Below the pieces are notes generated by a model. That model had not been told where the DNA came from. It ran no database searches and worked only from the letters and a program-made list of their open reading frames with translations. A DNA stretch of 64,000 nt from Bacilli bacterium (GTDB lineage: Bacteria; Bacillota_I; Bacilli_A; RF39; UBA660): the NCBI GenBank assembly GCA_017435255.1, contig JAFSFI010000001.1, forward strand, positions 40,055 to 104,054. The letters are read 5' to 3'. This document shows positions 1 through 9,996 of the stretch, piece by piece; position 1 is the first letter of the stretch, and each line of letters begins with the position of its first letter. A program made the position numbers and the translations under genes.

Positions 1-1
1 A

Positions 2-1603
2 GAATCTCTTCCTTCAGTTATTATAAACGACAATACATCTAATAAAATGGTTGTATCTAGTATCGAAGAGTTAACAAACATTAAAGAGGAAGTAAAAACT
101 GAAGAGAAAAATTCTCAAGAAGTTATTCAAAATTCTAATTATAAATTGCCTAGTTTATCAATTTTAAATCCACCTAAGAAATCAAAAAATAATAATAATC
201 AAACTGCAATAGAAAACAATATTGTAATTTTGGAAAGAGTTTTAAAAGACTTTGGAATTATTGGAAAAGTAGTAGAAGTAAACTCAGGGCCTTCTGTTAC
301 TCAATATGAAATGGAAATACAATCAGGTACTAAATTAAGTAGAATACTTAGTATTAACCGCGAAATATCTTTAGCGCTTGCTAAAAAAGATGTTCGTATA
401 CAAGCGCCTATTCCTGGTAAAAGTACAATAGGTATAGAAATAGCTAATGATACAACGTCACCTGTATCTTTAAGAGAAATATTAGAGACAATACCTAGTA
501 ATAAATCTAATAGCAAATTATTGGTTGCATTAGGTAAAAATATTATGGGTAATAGTATTTATTGTGAAGTTGATAAGACTCCTCACTTATTAGTAGCGGG
601 TGCTACTGGTAGTGGTAAGTCCGTTTGTATAAATTGTATTATTGCATCTATTCTTATGAGGACTAAACCAGATGAAGTAAAACTTATGATGGTTGACCCT
701 AAAAAGGTAGAGCTTAGTATGTATAATGGAATACCTCATTTAATGATGCCTGTAGTAACAGATCCAAAAAAAGCAAGTGTTGCTTTACAAAAAGTAGTTA
801 GTGAAATGGAATCTCGCTATGATTTATTTAGTGAGAAGAATGTAAAAAATATAGCAACATATAACGAATGGGTGGATAAGCAAAATGCTAATCGACATGG
901 TGATGATAAAATTAAGAAAATGCCATACATAGTAGTTATTGTGGATGAACTTGCAGACTTGATGTTGGTAGCTAGTAAAGAAGTGGAAGACTCTATTATG
1001 CGTATTACTCAAATGGCTCGTGCCGCAGGAATTCATTTGATTATAGCGACACAAAGACCATCTACTGATGTTATTACAGGTGTAGTTAAAGCAAACATTC
1101 CTTCACGTATATCTTTTGCAGTTTCTTCTAGCATTGACTCACGCACTATTTTGGATATGATGGGAGCAGAAAAACTTCTTGGTAAAGGAGATATGTTATT
1201 CTTGCCTATGGGTGAAAATGCACCTCAACGTGTGCAAGGTGCATATGTATCTGATGAAGAATTACAAAAATTAGTTGATTATACAGTGTCTCAACAAAAG
1301 GCTCAATATGATGAAAGATTTATGAATTTATCTTCTGCTAAGGATCAAGGTAACGCTGGAGGAGAGGTTAAGACAGTAGAAGAAGAATATGATGATCCGC
1401 TATATAATGATATAGTAGAATTTGTTGTAACTAGTGGTAAAGCTAGCGCGTCATTATTACAAAGAAGATTTAAATTAGGATATAATAGAGCAGCAAGAAT
1501 TATTGACTTGCTCGAAGAAAGGGGTATTATCGGTCCACAGAACGGTTCTAAACCAAGAGAAGTTTTGGTAAAACTAGATGATGGAATAGATAATGAAGAA
1601 TAA
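2..1603 (+). CDS. ftsK: DNA translocase FtsK/SpoIIIE (5' end lies before the window)
   Basis: Frame is open from position 2. Walker A GATGSGKS, VDPKKVEL, IVDELADLM, LIIATQRPS and C-terminal gamma domain (SASLLQRRFKLGYNRAARIID). Confidence 0.97.
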   Translation, partial: ESLPSVIINDNTSNKMVVSSIEELTNIKEEVKTEEKNSQEVIQNSNYKLPSLSILNPPKKSKNNNNQTAIENNIVILERVLKDFGIIGKVVEVNSGPSVTQYEMEIQSGTKLSRILSINREISLALAKKDVRIQAPIPGKSTIGIEIANDTTSPVSLREILETIPSNKSNSKLLVALGKNIMGNSIYCEVDKTPHLLVAGATGSGKSVCINCIIASILMRTKPDEVKLMMVDPKKVELSMYNGIPHLMMPVVTDPKKASVALQKVVSEMESRYDLFSEKNVKNIATYNEWVDKQNANRHGDDKIKKMPYIVVIVDELADLMLVASKEVEDSIMRITQMARAAGIHLIIATQRPSTDVITGVVKANIPSRISFAVSSSIDSRTILDMMGAEKLLGKGDMLFLPMGENAPQRVQGAYVSDEELQKLVDYTVSQQKAQYDERFMNLSSAKDQGNAGGEVKTVEEEYDDPLYNDIVEFVVTSGKASASLLQRRFKLGYNRAARIIDLLEERGIIGPQNGSKPREVLVKLDDGIDNEE

Positions 1604-1605
1604 AT

Positions 1606-1636
1606 AAAAACTACTTCTTATTTTGAAGTAGTTTTT
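1606..1636. terminator. Bidirectional intrinsic terminator
   Basis: AAAAACTACTTC-N7-GAAGTAGTTTTT between convergent genes; overlaps the 3' end of the minus-strand gene. Confidence 0.85.
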
Positions 1637-2721
1637 GTTTTCAATAATTGTTTGCATTTTTTATCTAAATTTTGATATCCATCCTCAAAGAAAGATACAC
1701 CAATAGTTGGTAGTTCGCTTCTTGGAGATTTTCCATGAATAGTTACCAAATTTAATAAATTGTTAAGCACTTGTTCTGGGTCATTTTGATAAGAATCAAA
1801 TAAATCCAAACTAACTAAGTATGATAGTGCACCGTTAATTTCATCACGGTTTTCTTGTCGCACTAATTCTGGTAAGGTATCTCTAGTTAAAGAAAAATTA
1901 ATCCCCTTGCTACGTAAGATAGGGGAAACACTTTCAAAATCAATTTGTCCTTTTTTATTAAGGGTAGAAAAAGATTGCTCTAAAATAAAGCAGTTTCTAA
2001 TTATATCTATTGTTGTAATTAAATCGATTTTTTCAAATAAAAGAATATTTTCTTTATTATATCCCATTTTTATTAGTAATGAAGCGAAAAGCATATTAGC
2101 AAAATATCCTTCAACTTCACCATATGTACCTTGATATGGATTTATATAGAAAGGTAATTCAAGTTCTCTAATAATCGCATGAAATGCTTCATGGCCTAAA
2201 GAAATAACATCCTGTATAGAATGATATCTAGAGATTAATCCATAAGGTTTATGTTCAATTGGATCTGTAAATGTAAGACCATAATAGTTTGTCGGTAAAG
2301 TTCTGTTGCTCCTGATATGTAGTAAGTGATTATCTTTGTTTGTTAATTCATCAAATTTATCTAAAAAATATCTATTTGGTATTTGTTCAAATAAAGAGCG
2401 TGTTAATAGGACTAAATCATCATCGCTTAAATCCATTTTAGGGTGTACAGTTCTATCAAATTTAAATTCATAGGCACTAGTAACATAGATTGCATTTGAC
2501 ACAAGGGATATTTTCTCTTTACCAAATTCATAAAATTCATCTCTAAGTCGTATAAGATAAGGAACTTTTTTTATTTCTTCTTTTACTGGTTGATATTTTT
2601 TACTGTAGTTCTCAACCATTTCTGCATATAAATCATACAATTCTCCGTACATCTTGAATTTTTCTTCAAAAAAATCTCTTTTTTCAATTAACTTTTTTAT
2701 ATCCCAACTATATTTTGTCAT
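1618..2721 (-). CDS. Orphan zinc metallopeptidase-like protein (compact M3/oligoendopeptidase F-like)
   Basis: 367 aa. DVISLGHEAFHA (HExxH) with downstream GEVEGYF; N-terminal KYSWDI resembles the PepF start. RBS GAGGGG and its own promoter. Confidence 0.6.
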   Translation of the reverse strand: MTKYSWDIKKLIEKRDFFEEKFKMYGELYDLYAEMVENYSKKYQPVKEEIKKVPYLIRLRDEFYEFGKEKISLVSNAIYVTSAYEFKFDRTVHPKMDLSDDDLVLLTRSLFEQIPNRYFLDKFDELTNKDNHLLHIRSNRTLPTNYYGLTFTDPIEHKPYGLISRYHSIQDVISLGHEAFHAIIRELELPFYINPYQGTYGEVEGYFANMLFASLLIKMGYNKENILLFEKIDLITTIDIIRNCFILEQSFSTLNKKGQIDFESVSPILRSKGINFSLTRDTLPELVRQENRDEINGALSYLVSLDLFDSYQNDPEQVLNNLLNLVTIHGKSPRSELPTIGVSFFEDGYQNLDKKCKQLLKTKTTSK

Positions 2722-2744
2722 AACATCCCCTCATTTGAATAGAT

Positions 2745-2773
2745 ATTGTACTGGAGTTTATTTTAAAAGTCAA
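2745..2773 (-). promoter_or_regulatory. SigA-type promoter for 1618..2721
   Basis: TTGACT-N17-TACAAT on the minus strand. Confidence 0.7.
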
Positions 2774-2895
2774 TTTGAAAAGAAATATAATTGTGCTATA
2801 ATTCTATTAGAAGATGAAAAATGATGTCTTCTATTATCTGACATTTAATAAAACAAAAATATTTGAGTATAATAATGAATAAGGCGAGGTGGATT

Positions 2896-4155
2896 ATGCA
2901 ATATAAAAAAATAGAATTAGGTTCATATAACTTACACATGATAAAAACAGATCGTTTTAAAACTGTTAATGTGCAAATAATATTAAGTGATAAAATAAAA
3001 AAAGAAGATATTACTAAAAGAAATTTTTTATCAGATATGTTAACTTATTCTTCGCTAAAATATCCTACAAAAAAGGATATTTCTATGGCAAGTCAAGATT
3101 TATATGCTGCCAATATATATTCTACCAGTTATAGATTAGGTAATTATTATAATACTGATATTAATTTATATTTCTTAAATGAAAAATATAGTGAAGAAGG
3201 GATGACGGAAAAAAGTATAGAGTTTTTGTCTGAAATAATATTTAATCCAAATGTTACTAACAATAAGTTTGATAGTAGCTCTTTTAATGTAATTAAAAAT
3301 AACATGCGTATTCAAATAGAAAGCGTTAAAGAAGATACTAGAAAATATAGTATGATTAAAATGCTTGAGAATATGGGGAAAGACCAACCTTATAGTTATC
3401 ATGGGTTTGGTTATTTAGATGATTTAGAAAAAATAACAGAAGAAAACTTATATGAATATTATAAAGAATTTATAAAAAGTAGTAGTGTGGAGATTTTTGT
3501 AATAGGAAATATTGACTTTGATTTTATTGAAAAAATAATAAGAGAAAAATTTAAATTTAATGTTTATAAAAAGAAAAAAGAAAATCCTACTATAATTCAT
3601 GAAAACATTAGAAGTCGTGCCAAAACAATTATTGAAGAAGATGATATCAATCAATCTAAACTTACTATTGGCTGTAAAGTAAATGGATTAACAGATTTCG
3701 AAAAACACTATGTTTTGACTCTTTATAATATAATTTTAGGTGGTGGTAGTGAATCACTTTTATTCCAAAATGTGAGAGAGAAAAATTCATTGTGTTATTA
3801 TGTTAATTCCTCTTCTAATAAGGTTGATAATTTAATAATAATTTCATCTGGAATAACTAAGAAAAATTTTAAAAAGACTGTTTCCCTAATTAAAAAAGAA
3901 ATAAGTAATATAGAGAAGGGAAATTTTAGTGACGAGATAATAGAGCAGGCTAAAATTAGATATAAAAGTGTAATTGATGAGATTTATGATTATCCAAATC
4001 AAATAATTTCGTCATATTATGCATCAGAAATCTTAGGCGTCGATTTCCCTGATATACGTAAAAAGAAAATAATGGAAGTAACGAAAGAAGACATAATGAA
4101 GATAAGTAAAAAAATCAAAATAGATACAATCTATTTGTTAGGAGGGAAAGACTAA
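2896..4155 (+). CDS. ymfF: M16 peptidase family, inactive subunit (YmfF-like)
   Basis: KTDRFKT, ILGGGSESLLFQNVREKNSLCYY, no HxxEH. RBS GAGGTGG places the start at 2896. Paired with ymfH after ftsK as in Bacillus. Confidence 0.85.
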   Translation: MQYKKIELGSYNLHMIKTDRFKTVNVQIILSDKIKKEDITKRNFLSDMLTYSSLKYPTKKDISMASQDLYAANIYSTSYRLGNYYNTDINLYFLNEKYSEEGMTEKSIEFLSEIIFNPNVTNNKFDSSSFNVIKNNMRIQIESVKEDTRKYSMIKMLENMGKDQPYSYHGFGYLDDLEKITEENLYEYYKEFIKSSSVEIFVIGNIDFDFIEKIIREKFKFNVYKKKKENPTIIHENIRSRAKTIIEEDDINQSKLTIGCKVNGLTDFEKHYVLTLYNIILGGGSESLLFQNVREKNSLCYYVNSSSNKVDNLIIISSGITKKNFKKTVSLIKKEISNIEKGNFSDEIIEQAKIRYKSVIDEIYDYPNQIISSYYASEILGVDFPDIRKKKIMEVTKEDIMKISKKIKIDTIYLLGGKD

Positions 4156-5441
4156 TGAATAAATTAGAACTAATTGGAACTGATACAGAAATATTTCACG
4201 AAGTTCTTCCTAATGGATTAAATGTTTACTTACTTCCATATAAAAATAAGAACAATTACTTTATTAGTTATTTTACTAAGTTTGGTTCAGTTAATTTAGA
4301 GTTTATTCCTTGTGGTGAAAAGAAAATGACAACTGTTCCAGAAGGTATAGCACATTTCTTGGAGCATAAAATGTTTGAACAAGAAGATGGTATAACGCCT
4401 TTTGAATTCTATGCCAAAAGTGGTACTGGTTGTAATGCTTCAACAGGATTTAAGGCAACTAGATATATTGTATATGGAACAAATAATTTAAAAGAAAATT
4501 TAGAATATTTAATTAAATATTTAAACAATCCATATTTCACAAAAGAAAACGTAGAAAAAGAAAAAGGAATAATTGCCGAAGAAATTAAAATGTATGATGA
4601 TAATCCAGAATGGATTTTAACAGAAGAAGTGGAAAAAGCAACCTTCAAAAATCACCCAATCAGAAATGATATAGCAGGATATATCGATACTATAGAAAAA
4701 ATAACAAGTGAAGATTTATATAGGTGTTACAACACTTTTTATCAACCAAGTAATATGGGGCTTATTGTTGGTGGGGATTTTAATACTGAAGAAATTTTAA
4801 CGCTTATAAAAAACAATCAATACCTAATTGATAAAAAGAAAACTCCTTTACCAAAAACTAAAAATATAGATGAACCACTAAAAGTAAATAACGAATTAGT
4901 TGAAAAAAGTATTCACAATGTTACTAACCCTAAAGCAGGATTTACAGTTAAATTACCATTAATAGATATAAAGAAAAAAGATGTACATGAGTACAACATT
5001 TATATAGGAATGATTTTAAATATTTTATATGGTACTTCTTCTGGTTTTAGGGAAGAAATGATGAAACAAAACTTGTTAAATTCCTTAATATTAGAAAGGA
5101 TGATTGTTGATGATTATTTAACTATTACTTTTTGGATCGAAAGCAATAATCCTAAACAATTAATTGAAAGAATTAAGTCTCATTTTGAAAATACAGATAT
5201 AACAAAAGAAGAGGTAGAAAGATGTAAGAAAGTATGGATATCTTCTGAAGTTGTAATGACAGATAATATAGAAATAACTGTAGACAATTTAATAAACGAT
5301 ATTATTGAATATGGTGAAATTATTCCAAATAAGGTTCCTATAATAAGAGAAATGACATTAGAACGTTTAAATGAAATAAGAAAATCATTATCTTTTGATA
5401 ATAATTCAACAGTTATTTTGTGGCCAAAAAATTCAAAGTAA
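4155..5441 (+). CDS. ymfH: M16 peptidase (YmfH-like)
   Basis: PEGIAHFLEHKMFE (HxxEH), NAST, EKEKGIIAEEIKMYDD. Confidence 0.9.
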   Translation: MNKLELIGTDTEIFHEVLPNGLNVYLLPYKNKNNYFISYFTKFGSVNLEFIPCGEKKMTTVPEGIAHFLEHKMFEQEDGITPFEFYAKSGTGCNASTGFKATRYIVYGTNNLKENLEYLIKYLNNPYFTKENVEKEKGIIAEEIKMYDDNPEWILTEEVEKATFKNHPIRNDIAGYIDTIEKITSEDLYRCYNTFYQPSNMGLIVGGDFNTEEILTLIKNNQYLIDKKKTPLPKTKNIDEPLKVNNELVEKSIHNVTNPKAGFTVKLPLIDIKKKDVHEYNIYIGMILNILYGTSSGFREEMMKQNLLNSLILERMIVDDYLTITFWIESNNPKQLIERIKSHFENTDITKEEVERCKKVWISSEVVMTDNIEITVDNLINDIIEYGEIIPNKVPIIREMTLERLNEIRKSLSFDNNSTVILWPKNSK

Positions 5442-5443
5442 AC

Positions 5444-5472
5444 AAAAACTCTAGAATTAATCTAGAGTTTTT
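5444..5472. terminator. Bidirectional intrinsic terminator
   Basis: AAAAACTCTAGA-N5-TCTAGAGTTTTT. Confidence 0.85.
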
Positions 5473-5481
5473 TAATATTAT

Positions 5482-5877
5482 TTAGTTGCTATAACAATAA
5501 ACTTTTGTTTTTTGATTAGAAACTCTTGGTGAAATGCCCATAGTTTTTTGATAATCCCATGATATTTCGTAATATCTATCGCGTGCCCCTTCGATGTCTC
5601 TACTATCAACTAAAGATAAATGATATTTTTGAGCAAAGGAATCAAACGCTTGTAATTTTATTAATTCTTGTATTTGTACATAACCCTCATCAACAGCTCC
5701 ATCAAATGGTGATAAATAAAATTTAGTTGTAAGTACTCCATTATTGTCTTGGTTTATAGATGATAGATTGTTTTCAGCTCTATACATTAATGTATTTAGT
5801 AATTGTTGTTCTAGACTATCTATTTTTTGTTTTTTTACTAAAAGCTTTTTGAAATAATGTAAAGCATATTTATTCAT
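5482..5877 (-). CDS. Hypothetical soluble protein (orphan, 131 aa)
   Basis: RBS AAGGGGAAG, perfect promoter upstream, terminator downstream. Confidence 0.8.
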   Translation of the reverse strand: MNKYALHYFKKLLVKKQKIDSLEQQLLNTLMYRAENNLSSINQDNNGVLTTKFYLSPFDGAVDEGYVQIQELIKLQAFDSFAQKYHLSLVDSRDIEGARDRYYEISWDYQKTMGISPRVSNQKTKVYCYSN

Positions 5878-5907
5878 ATAAATCTTCCCCTTTCCACGAT
5901 AGTGGCT

Positions 5908-5936
5908 ATTATAATATATAATTTAAAGTATGTCAA
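5908..5936 (-). promoter_or_regulatory. Consensus SigA promoter for 5482..5877
   Basis: Exact TTGACA-N17-TATAAT on the minus strand. Confidence 0.85.
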
Positions 5937-6034
5937 ATTATCAATTGATAAACGCTTTGATATTGTTTTAAATGTTATTAATGAACTACTTTATTTATTA
6001 ATAAAAATGGTATATAATAATACATTGAAGGAGA

Positions 6035-7180
6035 ATGAATATGGATGAGTCATTAGATAGAAAAAACTTGGTGGTTATGAAATTACTTCATTATTTCATT
6101 ACAGAAAAAAATTATAACCCAATTATTTTGCAAGGTGCAGAGGATGAAATTTGGTTAGAAAACTTAGAAAGTGATTATAAAATTATTAGAATTGTATCTA
6201 ATCATATTCACAATGAAGAACAATTGGATTTTGATTTATATAAAGCAAGACATATTATAAAAAAAATAAAGAAGAAAACCTTTTCTTTAAAAATGAATGC
6301 ATTAAGTATTTTTACTGATCTAGGTGATAATGTAGAACTTAAAGAACAGCCTAATATTGATTGTATTTATTTATATGATGAAAAAGATATTAAAAAATAT
6401 GACTTTTTATATCAATATTTTCCAGATATAAATAAAAAACTAAAGTTTTCCGAAGAAGGGTTGCAACTATTTATAAAAATAACAAATGATATAAATCATA
6501 AAAACAAGAGAGATGCAGAGAAGGTAGAAGAAATATTTAAACCTAAGAAAAATGTTGTAACCATGTCTTTGATTACGATTAATGTTGTTATTTATTTATT
6601 TATGCTACTTTTTGGTCAATATGATTATATGATTAATGAATTTGCTTTATATGGGCCTTATGTAATAAAATTAAATCAATACTATAGATTAATCACTAGT
6701 GCATTTTTACATGCAAATATATTTCATTTATTGTTCAACTGTTATGCTTTACATATAATTGGTAGTCAAATAGAAAATTATATGGGACGAATAAAATATT
6801 TAATAGTTTATTTTGCTAGTGCAGTTGTAGGAAGCCTGTTCTCTATACTTTTAACTAACGGTGTTAGCGTAGGGGCTAGCGGTGCTGTATTTGGATTAAT
6901 GGGAAGCCTTTTATATTTTGGTTACCATTATAGAGTTTATCTAGGTACTGTGTTAAAAAGTCAAATAATTCCTTTAATAGTTATAAATTTATTAATAGGT
7001 TTTTCAAGCAGTGGAATAGATAATTTCGCACATATAGGTGGTCTTATAGGTGGAGCATTATCTACAGTAGCAGTTGGAGTAAAATATAAAAGTACAAAAT
7101 TTGAAATGGTTAATGGACTTATTGTATTACTATTATTAATCGCGTTTTTGATATTTATGTCGTCAAAATATATTGGTTGA
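6035..7180 (+). CDS. Rhomboid family intramembrane serine protease with soluble N-terminal domain (GluP/YqgP-like)
   Basis: YYRLITSAFLHANIFHLLFN, VGASGAVFG, DNFAHIGGLIGG. Confidence 0.93.
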   Translation: MNMDESLDRKNLVVMKLLHYFITEKNYNPIILQGAEDEIWLENLESDYKIIRIVSNHIHNEEQLDFDLYKARHIIKKIKKKTFSLKMNALSIFTDLGDNVELKEQPNIDCIYLYDEKDIKKYDFLYQYFPDINKKLKFSEEGLQLFIKITNDINHKNKRDAEKVEEIFKPKKNVVTMSLITINVVIYLFMLLFGQYDYMINEFALYGPYVIKLNQYYRLITSAFLHANIFHLLFNCYALHIIGSQIENYMGRIKYLIVYFASAVVGSLFSILLTNGVSVGASGAVFGLMGSLLYFGYHYRVYLGTVLKSQIIPLIVINLLIGFSSSGIDNFAHIGGLIGGALSTVAVGVKYKSTKFEMVNGLIVLLLLIAFLIFMSSKYIG

Positions 7181-7237
7181 TAACTTTATTTATTGGTGTT
7201 AAAATATAATTAGAAATGATAAATAAGAGGTGATAAT

Positions 7238-7486
7238 ATGAACGATACTACTCACTTATATTCAATTGAAGAATTTGAAGAAAAATTAGTAAGTGAAACT
7301 GTAAAAGAAGTATATCATGCGTTAGAGGAAAGGGGATATAATCCTGTAAATCAATTAGTAGGTTATTTAATGAGTGGAGATCCTGGTTATATATCTTCTC
7401 ATAAAGAATCAAGAAACAAAATAACTAAAATTGATCGTAGTAAAATATTAGAAGTTTTATTAAAGGATTATATAAAAAATATATAA
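7238..7486 (+). CDS. ireB: IreB family (UPF0297) regulatory phosphoprotein
   Basis: VYHALEERGYNPVNQLVGYLMSGDPGYI; directly upstream of ruvX. Confidence 0.93.
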   Translation: MNDTTHLYSIEEFEEKLVSETVKEVYHALEERGYNPVNQLVGYLMSGDPGYISSHKESRNKITKIDRSKILEVLLKDYIKNI

Positions 7487-7902
7487 TGAGATATTTAGGT
7501 CTTGACCTTGGTAGTAGGACACTCGGTGTAGCAATTTCTGATCCTACTGGATTAATAGCTTCTAGTTATACCATAATAAGACATAATGAAGAATATGACA
7601 GGTTAATTTCTGATGTTAAAGAAATCGTTCTAGATAAAAGAATAGACGAAATAGTCTTAGGACTTCCAAAGAATATGAATAATACCATAGGTCCTAAGGG
7701 AGAATTATCATTTCAATTTAAAGAAAAATTAGAACATCAATTAAATATACCAGTTCATTTAGTTGATGAAAGATTAACTACTAAGCAAGCTACTGATTTG
7801 TTAATTAGTAATGATACTAGTAGAAAAAAAAGAAAAAAAGTAATTGATAGTGTTGCTGCTACAATTATTTTACAATCATACTTAGATAAAAAGGAGAGAT
7901 AA
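7486..7902 (+). CDS. ruvX: RuvX/YqgF family nuclease (pre-16S rRNA maturation)
   Basis: LGLDLGSRTLGVAISD, VLGLPKNMN, VDERLTT, IDSVAATIILQSYLD. Confidence 0.95.
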   Translation: MRYLGLDLGSRTLGVAISDPTGLIASSYTIIRHNEEYDRLISDVKEIVLDKRIDEIVLGLPKNMNNTIGPKGELSFQFKEKLEHQLNIPVHLVDERLTTKQATDLLISNDTSRKKRKKVIDSVAATIILQSYLDKKER

Positions 7903-7904
7903 TT

Positions 7905-8207
7905 ATGGAAAATAATAATACTTTTAAAGTAATAAATGATGAAGGACAAGAAATAGTATGCGATATATTATTTACTTTTGATTCAGAAGAAACAAAGAAA
8001 AGTTATATTGTATATACAGACAATAGCAGAGATGCTGAAGGAAATATTCAAGTTTATGCTTCAATATATGATCCAAAACAAGATAATCCTAGATTAGAAC
8101 CAATCGAAACTGAACAAGAATGGAAAATAATTGAAACTATATTAAATACATTACAAGATGAAATAAAAAAGAAAACAAGTGGACAAACTGGAGATAACGA
8201 GCAGTAA
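7905..8207 (+). CDS. DUF1292 family protein (YrzB-like)
   Basis: CDILFTFDSEETKKSYIVY, LEPIETEQEWKIIE; synteny after ruvX. Confidence 0.85.
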   Translation: MENNNTFKVINDEGQEIVCDILFTFDSEETKKSYIVYTDNSRDAEGNIQVYASIYDPKQDNPRLEPIETEQEWKIIETILNTLQDEIKKKTSGQTGDNEQ

Positions 8208-8234
8208 TGCTCGTTATTTATTCGAGGTAGTAAA

Positions 8235-9314
8235 ATGAAGATATTTAGAAATATTGCATTAGCATTATTAATTGCATTATCCTCTATTATTATTTTTATT
8301 GGTGTATATTTTAATATTAATTTATCACCTATAGATAAAAATAATGATGAGTTTAAAATGGTAATAATTCCACCTAAGACTAGTACTAAAAAAATAGGGG
8401 AGATTTTAGAAAAAGAGGGTTTGGTACGTTCCGGACAGTTCTTTTATATTTATTGTAGAATCTATAATATAAACGATTTAAAGGCATCTACTTATGAATT
8501 ATCTCCTAATATGAGTTTAGAAAAAATAGTAGAAATATTAAAAGAAGGGAATAATTACAATCCTGATATGATTAGTATTACTTTTATGGAAGGAATTAAT
8601 ATGAAAAAAATAGCTTCCATTATAGAGAAAAACACTAATAATACAGCTGATGATGTTTATAATAAATTAAAAGATAAAGATTATTTAGATAGAATTATTG
8701 CAGAATATTGGTTTTTAACAGATAAAGTTAGAAACGAAAACATTTATTACCCATTAGAAGGTTATTTATATCCAGATACTTATTTTTTAGAAAATAAAGA
8801 TGTTAATGTAGAACAAATATTTAAAATTATGTTGGATGAAATGAATAAAAGATTGACTCCATATCAACAAAAGATAGAGTCTAGTAATTATACAGTTCAC
8901 AACTATTTAACTATTGCATCAATAACTGAGTTAGAAGGAGTATTAAAAGAAGATAGAGCTAACATTGCAGGAGTATTCTATAATAGATTAAATAAAAATA
9001 TGAGTTTAGGTAGTGATGTTACAACATATTATGCATTTGGCATTGATATGAATGAAAGAGATTTAAAAGCGAGTGAAATAAACACATATAATCCATATAA
9101 TACTAGAGGGCCTAAAATGGAAGGTAAAATACCTGTAGGACCTGTTTGCATGCCATCAATAGATAGCATTGATGCAAGTATTAATTACACAGGTAATGAT
9201 TATTTGTATTTTGTAGCTGATAAAAATAGAAAAGTTTATTTTACAAAAACATTAAAAGAACATAATGCAAAAATAAAAGAACTTAAGGATAAAGGAGTAT
9301 GGATAGAATGGTAG
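8235..9314 (+). CDS. mltG: Endolytic transglycosylase MltG
   Basis: N-terminal TM, LEGYLYPDTY, IASITELEG, VFYNRL..MSLGSDVT, YNTRG, YLYFVAD. Confidence 0.93.
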   Translation: MKIFRNIALALLIALSSIIIFIGVYFNINLSPIDKNNDEFKMVIIPPKTSTKKIGEILEKEGLVRSGQFFYIYCRIYNINDLKASTYELSPNMSLEKIVEILKEGNNYNPDMISITFMEGINMKKIASIIEKNTNNTADDVYNKLKDKDYLDRIIAEYWFLTDKVRNENIYYPLEGYLYPDTYFLENKDVNVEQIFKIMLDEMNKRLTPYQQKIESSNYTVHNYLTIASITELEGVLKEDRANIAGVFYNRLNKNMSLGSDVTTYYAFGIDMNERDLKASEINTYNPYNTRGPKMEGKIPVGPVCMPSIDSIDASINYTGNDYLYFVADKNRKVYFTKTLKEHNAKIKELKDKGVWIEW

Positions 9315-9901
9315 AATTACACCATGATATAAAAGAATTAAAAGAATATGCCAAAGAAAACAATGTTCCTATTATGATGGAAGATGGAATTAATTTTCTA
9401 ACAACATTTGTAATAAAACATCAGACAAAAACTGTTTTAGAAATTGGTACAGCTATAGGATATTCAGCAATAATGATGGCGTTAGCTAGTCCTAATTTAA
9501 AAATTACATCAATTGAAAGAGATGAAGAAAGATACTTAGAAGCAGTAAAAAACATAAAAAAATTTAAATTAGAGGATAGAATTACTTTAATATATAGGGA
9601 TGCTGAAGAAGTAGAATTAAAAGAAAAATTTGATTTAGTTTTTATAGACGCAGCAAAAGGAAAAAATATGATGTTTTTCGAAAAATTCTCTAAAAACCTA
9701 AACCAGAACGGATTTATTATAACTGACAATATAAATTTTCATGGATATGTGAATAAAGATGAAAGCAAGATAAAATCCAGAAATTTAAGAGGGCTTGTTA
9801 GAAAAATAAAAGATTACATTTCTTTTCTTAAAGAAAATGAAGAATTCAAAACAGAGTTCTATGAAACTGGGGATGGTATTGCAGTAAGTACTAGAATATA
9901 G
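9308..9901 (+). CDS. trmR: O-methyltransferase (TrmR/YrrM-like tRNA 5-hydroxyuridine methyltransferase)
   Basis: VLEIGTAIGYSA, FDLVFIDAAKG, IITDNINFHG, GDGIAVS; synteny with the U32 pair. Start chosen at the ATG overlapping the mltG end. Confidence 0.85.
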   Translation: MVELHHDIKELKEYAKENNVPIMMEDGINFLTTFVIKHQTKTVLEIGTAIGYSAIMMALASPNLKITSIERDEERYLEAVKNIKKFKLEDRITLIYRDAEEVELKEKFDLVFIDAAKGKNMMFFEKFSKNLNQNGFIITDNINFHGYVNKDESKIKSRNLRGLVRKIKDYISFLKENEEFKTEFYETGDGIAVSTRI

Positions 9902-9996
9902 AAATATATAATTATATTTCTTTTTTTATATAATTAAAAGCAAGATAGAGTTTTTTCAACTTTTATGATACAATACAGATGTTATTGAGGTGAAGT

